The position numbers were made by a program, and so were the translations under genes. A stretch of 63,915 nucleotides of DNA, counting the filler, from Octopus bimaculoides (taxonomy: Eukaryota), in assembly GCF_001194135.2 (NCBI RefSeq). It is 8 parts of 8 records of this genome, joined end to end, with 100 filler letters (N's around TTAATTAATTAA, not from the genome) between each part and the next. Parts side by side here need not be neighbours in the genome. Positions count along the whole stretch, not along the records: positions 1 to 2,408 come from NW_026426405.1; positions 2,509 to 14,340 come from NC_068986.1; 6 more parts are not named here. One strand, given 5' to 3'. This document shows positions 1 to 11,620 of this stretch, piece after piece. Every line of letters begins with the position of its first letter. Within the stretch, counting starts at the first letter, position 1. The notes beneath the pieces are model-generated. The model worked only from the letters and a program-made list of their open reading frames with translations. It did no database searches and was not told the DNA's origin.

Positions 1-49
1 TACATACATACATACATACATACATACATACATACACGCACACACATAT

Positions 50-182
50 ATACAACCGGCTTCCAAACAGTTTCTCTTTACCAAATTCCCTGACAAGGCA
101 GTGGTCGGTCCGGGGCTATAGTAGAAGCAACTTGTCCACAATGCAGCGGAATAGAACTGAACTTGAGACCACGTGGTTGCGC
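50..182 (-). mobile_element. SINE family A fragment
   Basis: Degenerate match (cagtttc..taccaaattc..acaaggc..tggtcgg..ggggctatagtagaag). Confidence 0.7.
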
Positions 183-1154
183 CTATGTTTGTTTGTTTTT
201 ACCTGCTTAAACGGATTAGCTTTGGCGGCTACGTTACTATATCAAAAATACTCTGGAATAACAGAATCTGCTATTATGGACTTCCATAGCAATAAGTGCA
301 AATTCGCCGTGGATTTACATAGGATACGTAGAACATAATTAAGCGACCAGTAATCAGCTTCTCATATCTTTGTTCTCTTCTAATTCATAATAATTAATCT
401 AACAGCCAGAATCATTTGTCTTAATTATATTCAACAACAGCAGGAAGGGCTGGAAGATTCGACAAGTTTTATCATGCTCTTTGTTTTCAGTTGGAGATTT
501 AAGTTAAGCACAACGTATTCCAAGCTACGAAACTCTTAATAAGATTTAGGATTTGACAATGCCAAACCTTAAGACATAGATAAAAGTTAATATTTTGCAT
601 ATAATAGCGAAAAAAAAAAGAAGGAAAACAAAACAAAAAGAGACTCCTTGTCTTAATGTAATTCAGTGCATCAATCTGATAATTGTACCTATATTAATTA
701 GTCAGAGAAGAACCCTCTGAATGCATTGAGAAAATGTGTTAATCCTTGACTGATATCTTATTGTTCTAAGTAAAATGGTCTGAAAGCTGGGAGAGAAATC
801 TAAGCAATGGGAATAATGAAATATTACATCTATTGATGGCAAAAAGAATTGGTAAAGACAGGTCTGAGCAGAAAATTTGTATAGGGTGCAACGTGGTGTG
901 AAAGACTATCTCTAATTGTCACGTGACTAATTAGTTTTGATAAACCACGTAGATGATGATTGCGACGTATAGATTGAAATAATGGTTAGCTAACTTAGGT
1001 ATCATATTTATGACTAGTATCGTACGGCACCGAGTGCTGGGTCTTTGGATTATAAATACACCGATATACTCGGGCTGATATACTCCTAATCTTGGTTGAT
1101 GTCCTTTTCACCGCATTGAAGAATTTTTGTCGAATGGATCGACCCCAGTGCTGA

Positions 1155-1660
1155 CGCAAAGACACACATGGTTCCGGGTCCAGTCCCACTCGTGGCCCCT
1201 TAGGCGGGTATCTTCTACTGTAGCCTCGTGCCGACCAAAGCCGTGTGATAAGTGAATTTGGTAGATGGAGATTGAAAGAAGCCTGTCATATTGATAAATT
1301 AAGTACCAGTTGCGTACTGGGGTCGATCTAATCAACTGGACCTGCCTCCCCCAAAATTTCGGGCCTTGTAACAAGAATAGAAAAGAATATTTCAGAATAG
1401 TAAGGCAGCGAGCTGGCGGAATCGTTAGCACGCCGGGCGAAATACTTAGCGGTTTTTCGTCTGTCTTTATGTTCTGANNNNNNNNNNGCGGTTTTTCGTC
1501 TGTCTTTATGTTCTGAGTTCAAATTCCGCCGAGGTCGACTTTGTTTTTCATCCTTTCGGGGTTGATAAATTAAGTACCTGTAGCGTACTGGGTCGATTCT
1601 ATCGACTGACCCCCTTTCTCCCAAAATTTTTGACCTTGTGACTAAAGTAGAAAACAATAT
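1155..1660 (+). mobile_element. SINE cluster: family A body joined to a family B tail, followed by a full family B SINE
   Basis: A-type sequence 1155-1290, B tail 1291-1390, full B copy 1404-1660 flanked by aatatttc(a/g)gaatagt at 1386-1401 and 1656-1671. Confidence 0.85.
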
Positions 1661-2128
1661 TTCGGAATAGTTGTCTCCTCATCGGTCACAGACACAAAGC
1701 AGACGACACAGCGAGCTGAATTAAGAGATTACTTCACCTATACTTTTCTAGTTACAGCACGATGACTGACAGCGCTATACGGCGGCTCACCGTACAAAAC
1801 GCAGTGAGTAGCTTGTTCCCCGATTCGAGCGTGCATCAAGCATATTCGGACTGATAACAACATTGTAATTTCACATATCACTGCTTAGCGCTTTCTCTCC
1901 ATAATTAAAACAGTTCTGTATTTCTGGGATGAGGAATTTATAAATTATGTATTACTTGGAATGACAGCAAGAATAAGGCTGGTGACACCATTCCGACTAT
2001 TGCATGATGATATAAGCATAATTAATTAAAACTTCTTTTGCAATGAACAACAGCGTGAAAGCCAACTGAACGAAATAATAGAGATGAACCAAATTTAATC
2101 TGTAATATAATATTTTAATTTAATATTT

Positions 2129-2277
2129 AACAAGAGCACTCATAGAGCGCAAACCTTCACCAAGGCAACACCAACGTCCTCTCAACAATTAGCCAGAGAT
2201 TATTTTTAAAATGAGAATATCTGAAATGAACACGACTGAAAACAATACCTCCGCCTTCGCTAAGGCAGAGGTAATAA
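2129..2277 (+). mobile_element. Short non-autonomous element with 3' hairpin (Pearl/HINE-like)
   Basis: TT|AACAAGAGCAC start; stem-loop tacctccgcctt-cgct-aaggcagaggta at 2246-2273. A homologous end is at 33293-33320. Confidence 0.6.
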
Positions 2278-2621
2278 GTTAATAAGCAAATATGACTATG
2301 GCCAACACCACGTTTCATAACTATATTAACTGTACACCCCAGATGGACAGGAGTTTAAATAAGAACGAGTGAATAAACACATATAGTGCGTGTATTTATT
2401 TGGCAAAANNNNNNNNNNNNNNNNNNNNNNNNNNNNNNNNNNNNNNNNNNNNTTAATTAATTAANNNNNNNNNNNNNNNNNNNNNNNNNNNNNNNNNNNN
2501 NNNNNNNNGTGTGTGTGTATGTGTATAAGTATATGTGCAAATATATTTATAGACAGAGAGGCAGATAGCTACAAATGTACATACGTAGAGTGAGAGGGAG
2601 AAAAAGACAGCGAGAGACAGA

Positions 2622-2634
2622 TAGACAGACAGAC

Positions 2635-2702
<68 letters not shown>

Positions 2703-2712
2703 GGGTAGATAA
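2622..2712 (+). repeat. (GACA)n/(GATA)n microsatellite
   Basis: Direct reading. Confidence 0.95.
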
Positions 2713-3329
2713 AGACGGATGGGTAGATAAAGACTACTGTGTTGACGCTAAAACATTAAATTATTGCTTTCAACTTTAACAATAAGTGCTTCATAGACGT
2801 GTCATATTGAAAGTGTTTATGATAAATCTTACTGACAATGACGTCATAGGAGACAAAGATAGTGATCAGAATTCTGAAGTAATTTCAGACTTGTCTGTAG
2901 TGAATTCTGGGAATGATCGTGAGCAGTGGATGTCTGGACGTGTTGGAATTGTGTGTGGTAAGAGTGTCGATGTGAGAATGGGATTAAGAAAAACTACTTC
3001 TTCAGTTTCATGCTACAACTAAATATATAGAGTGGGTGATATAGAACAGACACATTCAGATACACACACACATACACACAAACTTCTAATTGTTACTCCC
3101 ATTTATATTTATGTGTATATGTACGTGTGTGTTTGGGAGTGTATCTATCTATCTGTCTACCTATATATATATACATAAGCATATTCCAAGAAATATTTAC
3201 TCGCACGCATATGCATATATAGATAGATTTACACATATGCATATATAGATAGATAGATAGATTCATACATACATACATACATACAAACATACATACATAT
3301 ATAGACACATAGATATATAGATGGATAGT

Positions 3330-3361
<32 letters not shown>

Positions 3362-3371
3362 NNNNNNNNNN

Positions 3372-3409
<38 letters not shown>

Positions 3410-3420
3410 ACGCACACATA

Positions 3421-3820
3421 CAGCTTGCGAAGGGTAAATTGTCACCACTTCTAATTTCGTGCATGTGCATTGTTCGTTTTGGATTTTGTCGACTACACCT
3501 TATAGTAGGGTTAGTTGCGCACCGTCTATGAGAAAAATACACCATGACGCAATTCATTATGTCAGGAATTTGGAAACGACATGCTGTCCTCCTTGGTACT
3601 CGCGCCGGAAACTCCAATACGAACTTTTCAGTGTTTGGGTGTCAATCTGAGAACAGTGCAATCTGAGAACATGTAGCGAGAATGATAATGACCAAGCATC
3701 CAGTCAACATCATGGTGTTTGGAGTGATCACTAGTGACGTTATGCCTCCATACATTTTACCACATGTCTTCAAACTCAACACGGAGGCTTACATCATGTG
3801 CGTGGAGGAGGTAGTGATAC
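3421..3820 (+). mobile_element. Internally deleted Tc1/mariner (maT/DD37D-like) transposase fragment
   Basis: Begins after TA with CAGCTTGCGAAGGG. Encodes WKRHAVLLGTRAG, then TKHPVNIMVFGVITSDVMPPYILPHVFKLNTEAYIMCVEEVV, resembling the KHPxxVMVFGV...VMPP segment of maT-type transposases. Confidence 0.65.
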
Positions 3821-3821
3821 A

Positions 3822-5691
3822 CCTTAAGCTGCATTCGTACCTTCGATTGAACCGATTATATTTCCATACAAAACACTTATGGTCGTATTCCATACTTTGA
3901 ATAGTTCCATCTACATCTTCGCTTTTTTTTTTTTTTTTTTTTTTCGTTTGTTTGAACTCGAAATGTTACATTACATATAAATTCACCGAAAAAATATAAT
4001 CTTTTTCCCGTAACACCACGTGCTACCTTTTTCGATTTAATTAATTTCGGGTTACCGACATATTTTCACGTTTTTGTTTTTTCATTTATAATAGTGATAT
4101 CACTACTAGTGTCCAATTCCATTTTAACATTTGTATTTCTTATTTTCACATTCACGAATTTTCTCGTCGTTATATTGCCAATTTCTACCGATGACATAAT
4201 ATTTATTCTTTCTCCTTTGTGCTGAAGTTTTATCATCTTCGTTCTACAGTGTTCCTTTATATGTCCTATATTTCCACAACGAAAGCACTCCGCTTTTTTA
4301 AATGGACAATTTTTCCTCAGGTGTATACCTCCACATGCAAAACATCGGTTTATTTCCGGATTTTTTGTCATGTTTTTAGAAAACACTTTATCTCCATTCT
4401 GACTATTACGCACTTGTTTTACTTGGAAACAATCTTTATGTTCGATTTCCTCTATGTCATGTCTTAATTTGACTATACTTTCACATTCTTCTGACACTTG
4501 CTGTAGGGTTACATCTTGGTTTTGTTCCAGCTTTGCAAGAATTCTAGTTCTAACTTCTACGTCCCTTTCGGTAGTTAGTCCCTGTGTAAAAAAACAGGCA
4601 TTTGAACATATCTAGCGTTAATTCGTCCAGCTTGAACTTCTCGCATTCTCTGTTAACTCCACTAGCATATGTGATGTAGTTCTAATTGTAGTTTTTCTTT
4701 ATGTTCAGATACTTCCAATGTGTGTTGAACAATGAGCTTTCTTCACTGAAAATTTTACACATTATAGCTGTTGTGCCATTAAAATTTATGTCCGAAGGTT
4801 TTCTTGGGAATACATAATTACTGTATCGTTCATTTGTGGAGGCGCAATGGCCCAGTGGTTAGAGCAGTGGACTCGCGGCCTTGGGATTGCGGTTTCGATT
4901 CCCAGACAGGGCGCTGTGAGTGTTTATCGACCGAAAGCACCTAAAGCTCCACGTGGCTCCAGCAGGGGATGGTGGTGAACCCTGCTGTACTCTTTCACCA
5001 CAACTTTCTCTCACTCTTTCTTCCTGTTTCTGTTGTACCTGTATTTCAAAGGGTCAGCCTCGTCACACTCTGTGTCACGCTGAATATCCCCGAGAACTAC
5101 GTTAAGGGTACACGTGTCTGTGGAGTGCTCAGCCACTTGCACGTTAATTTCACGTGCAGGCTGTTCCGTTGATCGGATCAACTGGAACACTCGTCGTCGT
5201 AAGCGACGGAGTGCCAACAAAAAATCGTTCATTTGTATGTATATTCTGTATGTTCTGCTGTCACCAGTTTTCTCGCGATTAATCGCGTTTTAATCTCCTC
5301 ATCCCAATCTTTACATTCTTTCTCAAAGATTTGCTCATATCTTCTGTAGTATTCTTTGAAAGTAACTTCTTCATCAGGTTCGTATTGACCTCTGTTATAG
5401 AGTTCGCGACATAGTCTGTCAAGAAGACTTTTTCTAACTTTTTCTCCAGTAATTACAGGATTTGTTGCTGTAATATTATTTGTTGTTGTTGCTTCTGTTG
5501 TTGCTCTTCCAGATGTATCTGCTGCTATTGTTTTTTTCCAGTAGTTGTTGGCGATGCCATTGTTGCTTCAGCTGTTGTTCTTGTAGTTGTAGCTGCTGCT
5601 GATGTTCTTCTTTCAGCTGTTCCTGTTGTTCTTTCAGCTGCTATTGCTGCTGTTTTTACAACTCGAGCAAACTGGCCAAAAAACTTTTCAT
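3822..5691 (-). pseudogene. Decayed gag-protease ORF of the Gypsy element, split by a SINE
   Basis: Q-rich N-terminus from the ATG at 5691, then YEPDEEVTFKEYYRRYEQIF and SLFNTHWKYL...VNRECEKFKLDELTLDMFKCLFFTQGL, two CCHC knuckles (CFACGGIHLRKNC, CFRCGNIGHIKEHC) and the aspartic protease motif MELDTSSDITIIN. Several stops and frameshifts. Confidence 0.88.
4838..5223 (+). mobile_element. Full-length tRNA-derived SINE (family C here) with 13-bp TSD
   Basis: A-box-like TGGCCCAGTGG and B-box-like GGTTTCGATTCCC head, (CAA)/A tail, flanked by ATCGTTCATTTGT at 4825-4837 and 5224-5236. Confidence 0.92.
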
Positions 5692-5739
5692 ATTTTTACG
5701 TTTTATTTTTTTTTTCGTAAAATTCGTACAGCCAAAATT

Positions 5740-5986
5740 TGAGTGTTTATTACTCCTCTTCGAGTTTCTATTAACTCAATGGGAATTGGGCTATCCTCGT
5801 TGAGTTTATTAAATCCTCCTAAGTTGTTTAAATCCTCGTTGCCCGCTTCCGTATAGAGTATACTTAGTAAAACCAGTTCAGATACGACTATCTCTGACCG
5901 CCTACTACATACTCTCGTACATCACATACCTTTCTGTACTTATAGTGACTACGTCATTCCCTTCATCACGTCAAAGGGGTGTAACA
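5740..5986 (-). repeat. Putative 5' LTR (~247 bp) of the Gypsy element
   Basis: TG...CA termini on the minus strand, AATAAA just inside the 3' end, then TGGCTGTACGA. No second copy is present in the window to confirm it. Confidence 0.6.
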
Positions 5987-6088
5987 TTATTACTGATTTC
6001 CTACAAAAGGGACTAAAGAAGGAACCGTGTTGCTTGGTATCAAACATCTTACGCACAATATATATATAATATAGTACATCTGTCAGAC

Positions 6089-6132
6089 GGGGCCTTGATG
6101 AATGCCAATAGGCATGAAAGTATACTAGCCTT
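6089..6132 (+). ncRNA. Minimal type-I hammerhead-ribozyme motif, variant core
   Basis: Stem I GGGGC/GCCTT, core CTTGATGA, stem II ATGCC-aata-GGCAT, GAAA, palindromic AGTATACT stem III, cleavage triplet CUA. Confidence 0.72.
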
Positions 6133-6659
6133 TATATATTTAATACTCAATATTTCATATATTCAATAAGACATGCAATACTCCATTTCATTTTGCTATT
6201 TATATTATATATTCCATATTTTATATCCCACATTAATTTTATAAGAATATAAATAAAACATAAAAAACAGACAGAGCTGGAACTCTTTTAAATAATATAT
6301 ATATATGGGCGTAATATATGTATAATGTGCGTATATATGTGTATATATGCATACGTATATGTGTGTATATATATATACACAAGCACACACAAACACACAC
6401 ACACATACACACAATTACAAGCAATCGCATGCATGATAAACAGGCACCCACGCAAGGGAGAGAAAAATAAAGCAACACATACGAAGTGGTTTTGTCTACA
6501 CAAACACGCACAAACACACATACACACGCACACGCACACACACATACTTAAATGTATGTAGAAGAAAAAATGTACACATATGTGTATATGTGTGTGTAAG
6601 AGACAGAGACAATATATGTACATATACAAATACAAACATAAACATATATATGGGTTTGT

Positions 6660-6665
6660 GTTTGT

Positions 6666-6748
<83 letters not shown>
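6660..6748 (+). repeat. (TG)n microsatellite within a 6300-8250 mixed microsatellite field
   Basis: Direct reading. Confidence 0.95.
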
Positions 6749-6749
<1 letters not shown>

Positions 6750-6890
6750 ATATTCACTCGTAGTCAACAGAAATAAAACGAAATACACGCACAAAGTAAA
6801 CACATACGAACATAAGGAGAAAATGAGCTACTGTATAATGCAACCATATATAAATATATGTATACGTACGCACACACATACACACATATA

Positions 6891-6928
<38 letters not shown>

Positions 6929-7064
6929 CGCACGCACACACACGTATGTGTATGTATATATATATATATATATATGCATTTATATATGCACACACACATA
7001 TATGTACAGATAAATAGATAGATAGATAGACAGATAGAAACACATTTACTATATATAAATATAA

Positions 7065-7117
<53 letters not shown>

Positions 7118-7467
7118 NNNNNNNNNNNNNNNNNNNNNNNNNNNNNNNNNNNNNNNNNNNNNNNNNNNNNNNNNNNNNNNNNNNNNNNNNNNNNNNNNNN
7201 NNNNNNNNNNNNNNNNNNNNNNNNNNNNNNNNNNNNNNNNNNNNNNNNNNNNNNNNNNNNNNNNNNNNNNNNNNNNNNNNNNNNNNNNNNNNNNNNNNNN
7301 NNNNNNNNNNNNNNNNNNNNNNNNNNNNNNNNNNNNNNNNNNNNNNNNNNNNNNNNNNNNNNNNNNNNNNNNNNNNNNNNNNNNNNNNNNNNNNNNNNNN
7401 NNNNNNNNNNNNNNNNNNNNNNNNNNNNNNNNNNNNNNNNNNNNNNNNNNNNNNNNNNNNNNNNNNN

Positions 7468-7524
<57 letters not shown>

Positions 7525-7555
7525 AATATATACACACATACATATATATACATAT

Positions 7556-7594
<39 letters not shown>

Positions 7595-7899
7595 TGCATA
7601 TTTACACATATACACATGCATACATATAAGTACATCGTTATCATCATCTCACAATGGAAATGTCCAGGGTAATGTACATACATACATCTATACACACACA
7701 CACACACATATATATATGTAATATGTATTTATGCGTGTATGTATGTATGTATGTATGTATGTATCCATGCATATATGTATGTATGTATGTGTTTGCGTGT
7801 GTAATCTCACACAGTTCTCTGCAAGGATATATATTTACAAATGTACACACAGACACATACACACAGACACACCCCCACACACGCACACAGAGTCGGAGA

Positions 7900-7940
<41 letters not shown>

Positions 7941-8251
7941 GGGGAGAGACAGAGAGATAAGCTATATGAGAGGTTTTCGTTATAGTTAAGTTGTTGTTTA
8001 CATAAATGTTAATGGCTTATGTGAGTTGTTGAAAAGTCGTAAATGTAGACTGAAATTTCGGCAGAATATACACAGCAGCTGGTTACATATATACATATAC
8101 AGATATATGTGTGTGTGTGTGTGTGTATGTGCGTGTGGGTGCGTGTGTGTGTGTATGCATGCGTGTGTATACACACATGTGTACATATATGTATATGTAC
8201 ATATATATTTATGTATGTGTGTATGTATACACACACTCGTATAAGTATATA

Positions 8252-8649
8252 GGCGCAGGAGTAGCTGTGTGGTAAGTAGCTTGCTTACCAACCACATGAT
8301 TTCCGGTTCAGTCCCACTGCGTGGCACATTGGGCAAGTGTCTTCTACTATAACCTCGTGCCGACGAAACCCTTGTGATTGGATTTGGTAGACGGAAACTG
8401 AAAGAAGCCCGCCGTATATAAATATGTATATATGTATATGTTTGTGTGTCTTTGTTGCCCCTACACCCTCGCTTGACGACCGATGTTTGGTGTGTTCACG
8501 TCCCCGTAACTCTAGCGGTTCAGTCAAAGACACTGATAGAGTAAGTACTAGGCTTTCAAAGAATAAGTCCTGGGGTAGATTTGTTCGTCTAAATGTGATG
8601 CTCTAGCATGGCCAGAGTCAAATGACTGATACAAATAAAAGACTAAAAG
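8252..8649 (+). mobile_element. Full-length tRNA-derived CORE-like SINE (family A) with internal (TA/TG)n
   Basis: Head gcaggagtagctgtgtggtaag...ggttcagtccc, CORE-like ggcacattgggcaagtgtctt, tail ...ctagcatggccagagtcaaatgactg..aaaaga. Homologous to the other copies in the window. Confidence 0.92.
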
Positions 8650-8659
8650 AATGTATATA

Positions 8660-8722
<63 letters not shown>

Positions 8723-9640
8723 ATCTCTATCTATCATTCGCCATGATAGATCGCTAGCCGCTACACGTTCTTTATTTTCTCTCATTGTTTCTTTCTGTGT
8801 TCCTTTCAGTGGAAGAGCGTTGGCTTGAAACGTTAAAGATGTTTTCACTTCCCGAGCGTTATACTAAAACAACTGTTTGTTGTCTACACCATCTGTCTTC
8901 GNNNNNNNNNNNNNNNNNNNNNNNNNNNNNNNNNNNNNNNNNNNNNNNNNNNNNNNNNNNNNNNNNNNNNNNNNNNNNNNNNNNNNNNNNNNNNNNNNNN
9001 NNNNNNNNNNNNNNNNNNNNNNNNNNNNNNNNNNNNNNNNNNNNNNNNNNNNNNNNNNNNNNNNNNNNNNNNNNNNNNNNNNNNNNNNNNNNNNNNNNNN
9101 NNNNNNNNNNNNNNNNNNNNNNNNNNNNNNNNNNNNNNNNNNNNNNNNNNNNNNNNNNNNNNNNNNNNNNNNNNNNNNNNNNNNNNNNNNNNNNNNNNNN
9201 NNNNNNNNNNNNNNNNNNNNNNNNNNNNNNNNNNNNNNNNNNNNNNNNNNNNNNNNNNNNNNNNNNNNNNNNNNNNNNNNNNNNNNNNNNNNNNNNNNNN
9301 NNNNNNNNNNNNNNNNNNNNNNNNNNNNNNNNNNNNNNNNNNNNNNNNNNNNNNNNNNNNNNNNNNNNNNNNNNNNNNNNNNNNNNNNNNNNNNNNNNNN
9401 NNNNNNNNNNNNNNNNNNNNNNNNNNNNNNNNNNNNNNNNNNNNNNNNNNNNNNNNNNNNNNNNNNNNNNNNNNNNNNNNNNNNNNNNNNNNNNNNNNNN
9501 NNNNNNNNNNNNNNNNNNNNNNNNNNNNNNNNNNNNNNNNNNNNNNNNNNNNNNNNNNNNNNNNNNNNNNNNNNNNNNNNNNNNNNNNNNNNNNNNNNNN
9601 NNNNNNNNTATATACATATATACATGTATATATACATATA

Positions 9641-9686
<46 letters not shown>

Positions 9687-10113
9687 CATTTGTGTATAGA
9701 TAGGTAAAGTTATGCATTTATGCATGTGTGTGTGTGTGCGTGTGCGAGTGCGTGTGAACGTGTGTAGTTACTCTATGATTCTCTCTGTGGTTTGTATACT
9801 TTGCGTATGTCTATATTTCTAGGTTAAAGACAATTCCAATCAACATTTCCTCTGAGATTTTGCAATTGTTTCGTGAATAATCTTGCTAAATCTGTCTTCG
9901 TATACTACTATAATGAAATCTTGAGGTCTTTATTCCATTCGTTTTCACTTAAAAATAAACTACAATCTCTATATTTCAGGACGGTCATATTTTTGCGAAA
10001 TAAACACACGCACTATATATTCGTTCTCCACTCATATATTACTGTTCTTATTTTATCTTAAGTGCATTGTCAGAATGGATTTAGCGGAGCAGAAAGACAC
10101 ATGTGGACAGAAG

Positions 10114-10158
10114 GTGTCGCTGAAGAGGTCACAGATATGTGCCGAAAGATTTCTGGAC
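10114..10158 (+). ncRNA. Degenerate hammerhead motif in a Penelope-like terminal repeat
   Basis: CTGAAGA-GGTCAC-agatat-GTGCC-GAAA-gatttc-tggac; a homologue lies at 48581-48625 on the minus strand. Confidence 0.55.
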
Positions 10159-10509
10159 AACGAATATCAGATAAAATAAGAACGGTAATAAACAAGTGAA
10201 GAATGAATATATAGTGCGTGTGTTTATTTGGAAAAAGACAAAGAAAATAAAAATGCGATTTCATTTAACCGAATAGACACAAATCGCTTACAGGAACTCC
10301 GTTTTAAAATCCTGATTTAGCCTCAACTCTAACCAAAGCAAGATCTGTAGAGTGAATAACTAACATGCTTAATTGGTATAATTAACTGTAAAGTTATAAA
10401 TTAGCCTTAATTCCTGTAGTATAGCAAATACACATTTCTCAAACGATTTTTCGCCGATTTTTACTAGGTTTTTTGTGCACGTACTTCGGCAAACACACAC
10501 GCACACACA

Positions 10510-10546
<37 letters not shown>

Positions 10547-10621
10547 CACACATACACACACAGGCCACACACACACACATACACTTTCTCCCACCTCTCT
10601 CTCTTTCCTTCTCTCTATCTT

Positions 10622-10661
<40 letters not shown>

Positions 10662-10721
10662 TCTCTTTCACACATTCACACGTGCCCTGACATTGAGAAA
10701 CATATATACTAATGACTTAGG

Positions 10722-10902
10722 CAGAATGCTAGAGCACCGCCTTTAATCGAACAAATCCACCCCACGACTTCTTCTTTGTAAGCCTAGTACTTATTTTATC
10801 GGTCTCTGTTGCCGTATCACTAAGTTACAGGGACGTAAACACACCAACATCGGTTGTCAAGCGATGGTGGGGGACAAACACACACATACACACACATACA
10901 TA

Positions 10903-10951
<49 letters not shown>

Positions 10952-11104
10952 CGACGAGCTTCTCTCTGTTTCCGTCAACCAAATCCACTCACAAGGCCCT
11001 AGGTTGTAGTAGAAGACACTTACCGAAGGTGCCACGCGGTGGGACTGAACCCGGAAGCATGTGGTTGGTACCCAAGCTACTTACCACACAGCCACTCCTG
11101 GGCC
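10722..11104 (-). mobile_element. SINE family A, near full length
   Basis: Reverse complement of the 8252-8649 element. Confidence 0.9.
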
Positions 11105-11313
11105 TATAAAAAATATGTAACACTTCGCGAATTTGCTTGTCATCCTTGCGCAGGGCCCATACTAACCTTCTTTGTATCATTCCTGCATATTTACATTTGT
11201 GACATACATTGATTTTTCAAACCTTATTGGTACCCAAACATACACACTCGATAATACTGTGCATTGTAAAATTCAATAACACACACCCATGCATACTTGG
11301 TATGCTTATAGTT

Positions 11314-11620
11314 GTGGAGGTGCATGGTCTTGTGGTTAGTGTGTTGCACTTACGATCGAGGAATCATGGTTTCAGTTCCTAGACCAGGTGGTGCTTTGTG
11401 TTTTTGAGCAAACCATTTCATGACACGTTGCTCTGCGATCATTTCGACATCTGAAGCGTGATACACCGTGCACCTATTCAGACAACATCGATTTGATGGA
11501 GAGAGTGAGCTAATGTATGGCACATACATTTGATCAATATAAACAAGTCATCTAAATTTGTGCCCGTTGTTCAACAAAAATTTACTGAACCGTCGCCCTC
11601 TGACTACGAAAGGCTACCAT
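11314..11620 (+). mobile_element. Older tRNA-derived SINE with a C-like head
   Basis: gtggaggtgcatggtcttgtggttag...ggtttcagttcctagacc head with degenerate A/B boxes; the body differs from family C. Confidence 0.6.

Larger units (their letters stand above)
3822..5986 (-). mobile_element. 3'-truncated Ty3/Gypsy LTR retrotransposon (5' LTR, gag, protease; no RT/integrase or 3' LTR seen)
   Basis: LTR-like block 5986-5740 starts TGTTACA, ends CA and has AATAAA near its end, followed by a TGG-initiated PBS-like motif. The decayed gag-pro frame follows. Confidence 0.85.

Noticed and set aside
1448-1516. Duplicated 29-bp SINE segment across a 10-N gap
   Set aside because: Contig-overlap artefact.
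2453-2464. TTAATTAATTAA islands in the middle of N runs (also 14385, 46169, 49391, 56601, 60033, 62549)
   Set aside because: An identical 12-mer with stops in all six frames, always centred in a ~100-base gap: an assembly spacer, not biology.
4838-4912. tRNA-like sequence
   Set aside because: It is a SINE head: no closed acceptor stem, continues into the SINE body, and has a TSD.
6205-9725. Many long ORFs rich in YI, CV, HT, ER or X (here and throughout the window)
   Set aside because: Translations of dinucleotide or trinucleotide microsatellites and N gaps.
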